Below, in pieces: positions 61,646-64,000 of a stretch of 64,000 bases of DNA. Source of the stretch: Utricularia gibba (taxonomy: Eukaryota; Plantae; Magnoliophyta); contig NEEC01000008.1 of the NCBI GenBank assembly GCA_002189035.1, positions 620,001-684,000 of the forward strand, in the 5' to 3' direction. Within the stretch, counting starts at the first letter, position 1, and the number at the start of each line of letters is the position of its first letter. The translations under genes and the position numbers were made by a program. The notes under the pieces were generated by a model. That model had not been told where the DNA came from. It made no database searches and saw nothing but the letters and a program-made list of their open reading frames with translations.

Positions 61646-63562
61646 CATAACTTCTATTGGTGTCTTTACTTCTAATGATACCTTTGGTAACCTATTTATT
61701 ATATAGGTAGCACTCAAAAGTGACTTCGACATATTAATGCATTAGATTGATGCATTAATGCCCTTGTTACCTCGATTAAGTGTTTATGTTTTCTCTCCAT
61801 TCTTCCATTTTGATGTGGAGTGCAGTAGGTGTGATGATATATCTTTTTTTGACCAAAAAAATTCCTTCAAGCTCCAGCTAATAATTTCACCTCCATTATC
61901 GGTTTGAACAATTTTGATCTTCCTTTGAAACTGTGTATTAACCAAGTGTACAAGATCCTTAATGATAGCATCTCCTTCAAATTTGTATTGTTATCAACAA
62001 TGGTTAGGAATGAATGTGTATTTGTGAATGTAGTGATTTTGTAAGGACCCCATACATCCATATGTGCCTTTTCATAAAAGATCTAGTACTATGCCTTCAT
62101 TGCTTTCAAACTTCAATCTTGTTAGTTTTCTAGTATGACAGAATTCACAAGGTGTTAATTGCTTCTCATCTCTGGAGGAAATTAATTGAAGTTTTCTCAT
62201 TTTGCTGGTGCATGACCCAAATGCATATTCCATAAAACAAGTTTGACAATGGCTGCGTTTGCAAAAGGTGCTCAGATGAAAAGGAAATAGAGTCATTAAA
62301 GACATCAAAAGTAGAATCTCCATCAATGAATTGTTCATCTAGCCAATACAAACCTCTAACCAACTTAAGTGATGGCTCCTTGTGAGAATACTTTAAAACA
62401 AGATATTTTGCATCCTCTTTTTTTTTAATCCCATTTGCCGCCTGTTTAGGTATAGGGCTACTGGCTATTCTTGTATTTCCATTTCCACTAACTATAGTGC
62501 TTTGTCTTAGATCACAGACATGTTTAGTTTTCGTCATATTATAGTTTGCAACAATGATCTGCTTCATTACTTACCATGTTCTAGACTTGTCTGTTAGAAG
62601 TCGGCCTGGGTCTCTATGATCAAAGACATCAGAGAAGTAGAATTCAAAGAAATGACTCTATGGTAACAAAAGTTAGAATTTCAGGACATTTTTATTCATT
62701 TCTGGAAATGCTTACATGGATGTATCTCTTTAGTAATTAAGTTTTCAAATATCAATAAAGGAAAGGTTTTCAATTTTCGAAAACTGCCCTCACATAAACC
62801 CAATTTCTGCTTGAAAACTCAATAAAATATAAGACAAGTTATTTCCTCTTTCATTTCTCTATTCGCACTAGATTCTTCTAGATCACACACACAACAGGTA
62901 AATGACTTTTAATTTATTCATATTTGGTGAATGTTATGCATTAGATGTGAACGTATTTGTTTCCAACTAGTTGCTATTTTTTTTCTTTCAATTTTTTCTG
63001 TATCTCACTCTCTTTTTGAAAACATGCATTTTGTAATTTGATGGGTGGGAATTAAGATTCTTGTTACATTTAATAAGATTGTTGAATTAGATGGAGTTTC
63101 TTTTATCTTACCCTTTCAATATGGTTCCAAATTTCTCAGGAACTTTCTTTTTCATATTCTCCTGATTTCCTTGTAACTTAAACCCATTATTTTTGTTTAT
63201 GATGTATTTCACTGATTATTAAATCATTTTATTGCTTAATATTAGTAGTTAAAATCAGAATACTGTTTTTGGAATCATTGTTTCAAATCTATGCAATAAC
63301 TTTATTCACACATGATTTTCAAATGTGATTAGAAAATAGTTACATGAATTTGATCAGTCATTTTTATGATATCTTTTGTTGATTATAAATGATTCCTAAG
63401 TATTTAAATGTGTTTTGATGATGTATTTCAATATAATTAGTTGTTTTATTATTTAGAAATCATTTATTACTTCATATTAGCATACAAAATCAAATTTTTT
63501 ACTTCTAGAGTTATTGCTTAAATTAGGAATGATGTGATTATGAATATGCTTATTAATTTGTA

Positions 63563-64000
63563 TGATCAAAGACAACTAGAAAAGCAGAATTCGAAGAAAA
63601 TGATTCTACGGTAACAAAAGGGAGAGCTTCAACAACAGAGCAATATTGAAGAAATTTGAAAACCCAGTTCGAAAGGTCAAGAACCGAAGGGTGAGAAGAA
63701 AACTCTCTATTGATTTCTTAGTTCAAAACAATTGAAATATCCTATTTATATTTTGTACAGAACTCATATAATAAAGGAATTATACAAAAGAACAATCAAG
63801 GTTGTTCTGCACTCTGTGGCCTGCCGCAATTCCCTTGTTGTGATAATATCCCCCCCTCAAGCTGGATGAAGGATGACGGATGCATTCCCAGCTTGCACAC
63901 GAGACTATGGAAAGTAGCAGCAGCTAAAGACTTGGTAAAACAATCAGCTACCTGGGAAGAAGAGCGAACATGCGTGGGCACTAAGAATCCAACCTTAAAT
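63563..64000 (-). mobile_element. 3' end of a third Copia: RNaseH terminus, PPT and 3' LTR (63563-63848); continues beyond the window
   Basis: HVRSSSQVADCFTKSL..LVCKLGM, PPT TTGAGGGGGGA (63849-63859), then an LTR ending ...GTCTTTGATCA. Confidence 0.85.

Larger units (their letters stand above)
54790..62670 (-). mobile_element. Second degenerate Copia (Copia-B), host of two nested insertions
   Basis: Right to left: partial LTR end (62617-~62670), GAG-pre-integrase CEFCH, integrase HMDVWGPY and ATYIINRLP (61650-62330), SH3 FECLCF..KWVFVGY (60270-60490), KPEWMQDY (~60040), RT IRLVLAIAAA/LKQASRQWN/IYVD (55000-55660), RNaseH start (~54800-54950). Confidence 0.8.

Overview
Eudicot plant nuclear DNA in two very different parts. 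Bases 1 to ~46,700 are a compact gene block with many 60-100 nt introns and short spacers. In order it holds: an F-box/LRR 3' end, an intronless HD-like/TPR protein, cyclin J18, a CIPK, CRSH, a sugar-phosphate translocator, an RLCK-V kinase, an SPL1/12-type factor, a PPR protein, galactinol synthase, PCC13-62, an acidic nuclear protein, a C-terminal TM protein, a group IIc WRKY, HYPK, an ATP-citrate lyase B pseudogene fragment, a PMEI, SCPL50 and a CCHC zinc-knuckle protein. AT-rich foldback-type remnants sit between genes. From ~46,800 to the end is an AT-rich block followed by a nest of decayed LTR retrotransposons. These are a full-length Copia with a tRNA-Trp-type PBS, a second Copia split by an Athila-like Gypsy and by a 1.15 kb AT-rich insert, and the 3' end of a third Copia. 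Five otherwise intact genes carry seven single-base losses in homopolymer runs, most likely consensus errors in the assembly. I found no CRISPR array, rRNA or confident tRNA. I cannot demonstrate a new multi-gene system. The best leads are a perfect 18-bp hairpin at 33,664, an uncharacterised HD-like/TPR gene head-to-head with CYCJ18, the CCL-domain-only ACLB relic, the Trp-primed Copia and an orphan GC-rich island. All family assignments are from recalled motifs; no database searches were run.
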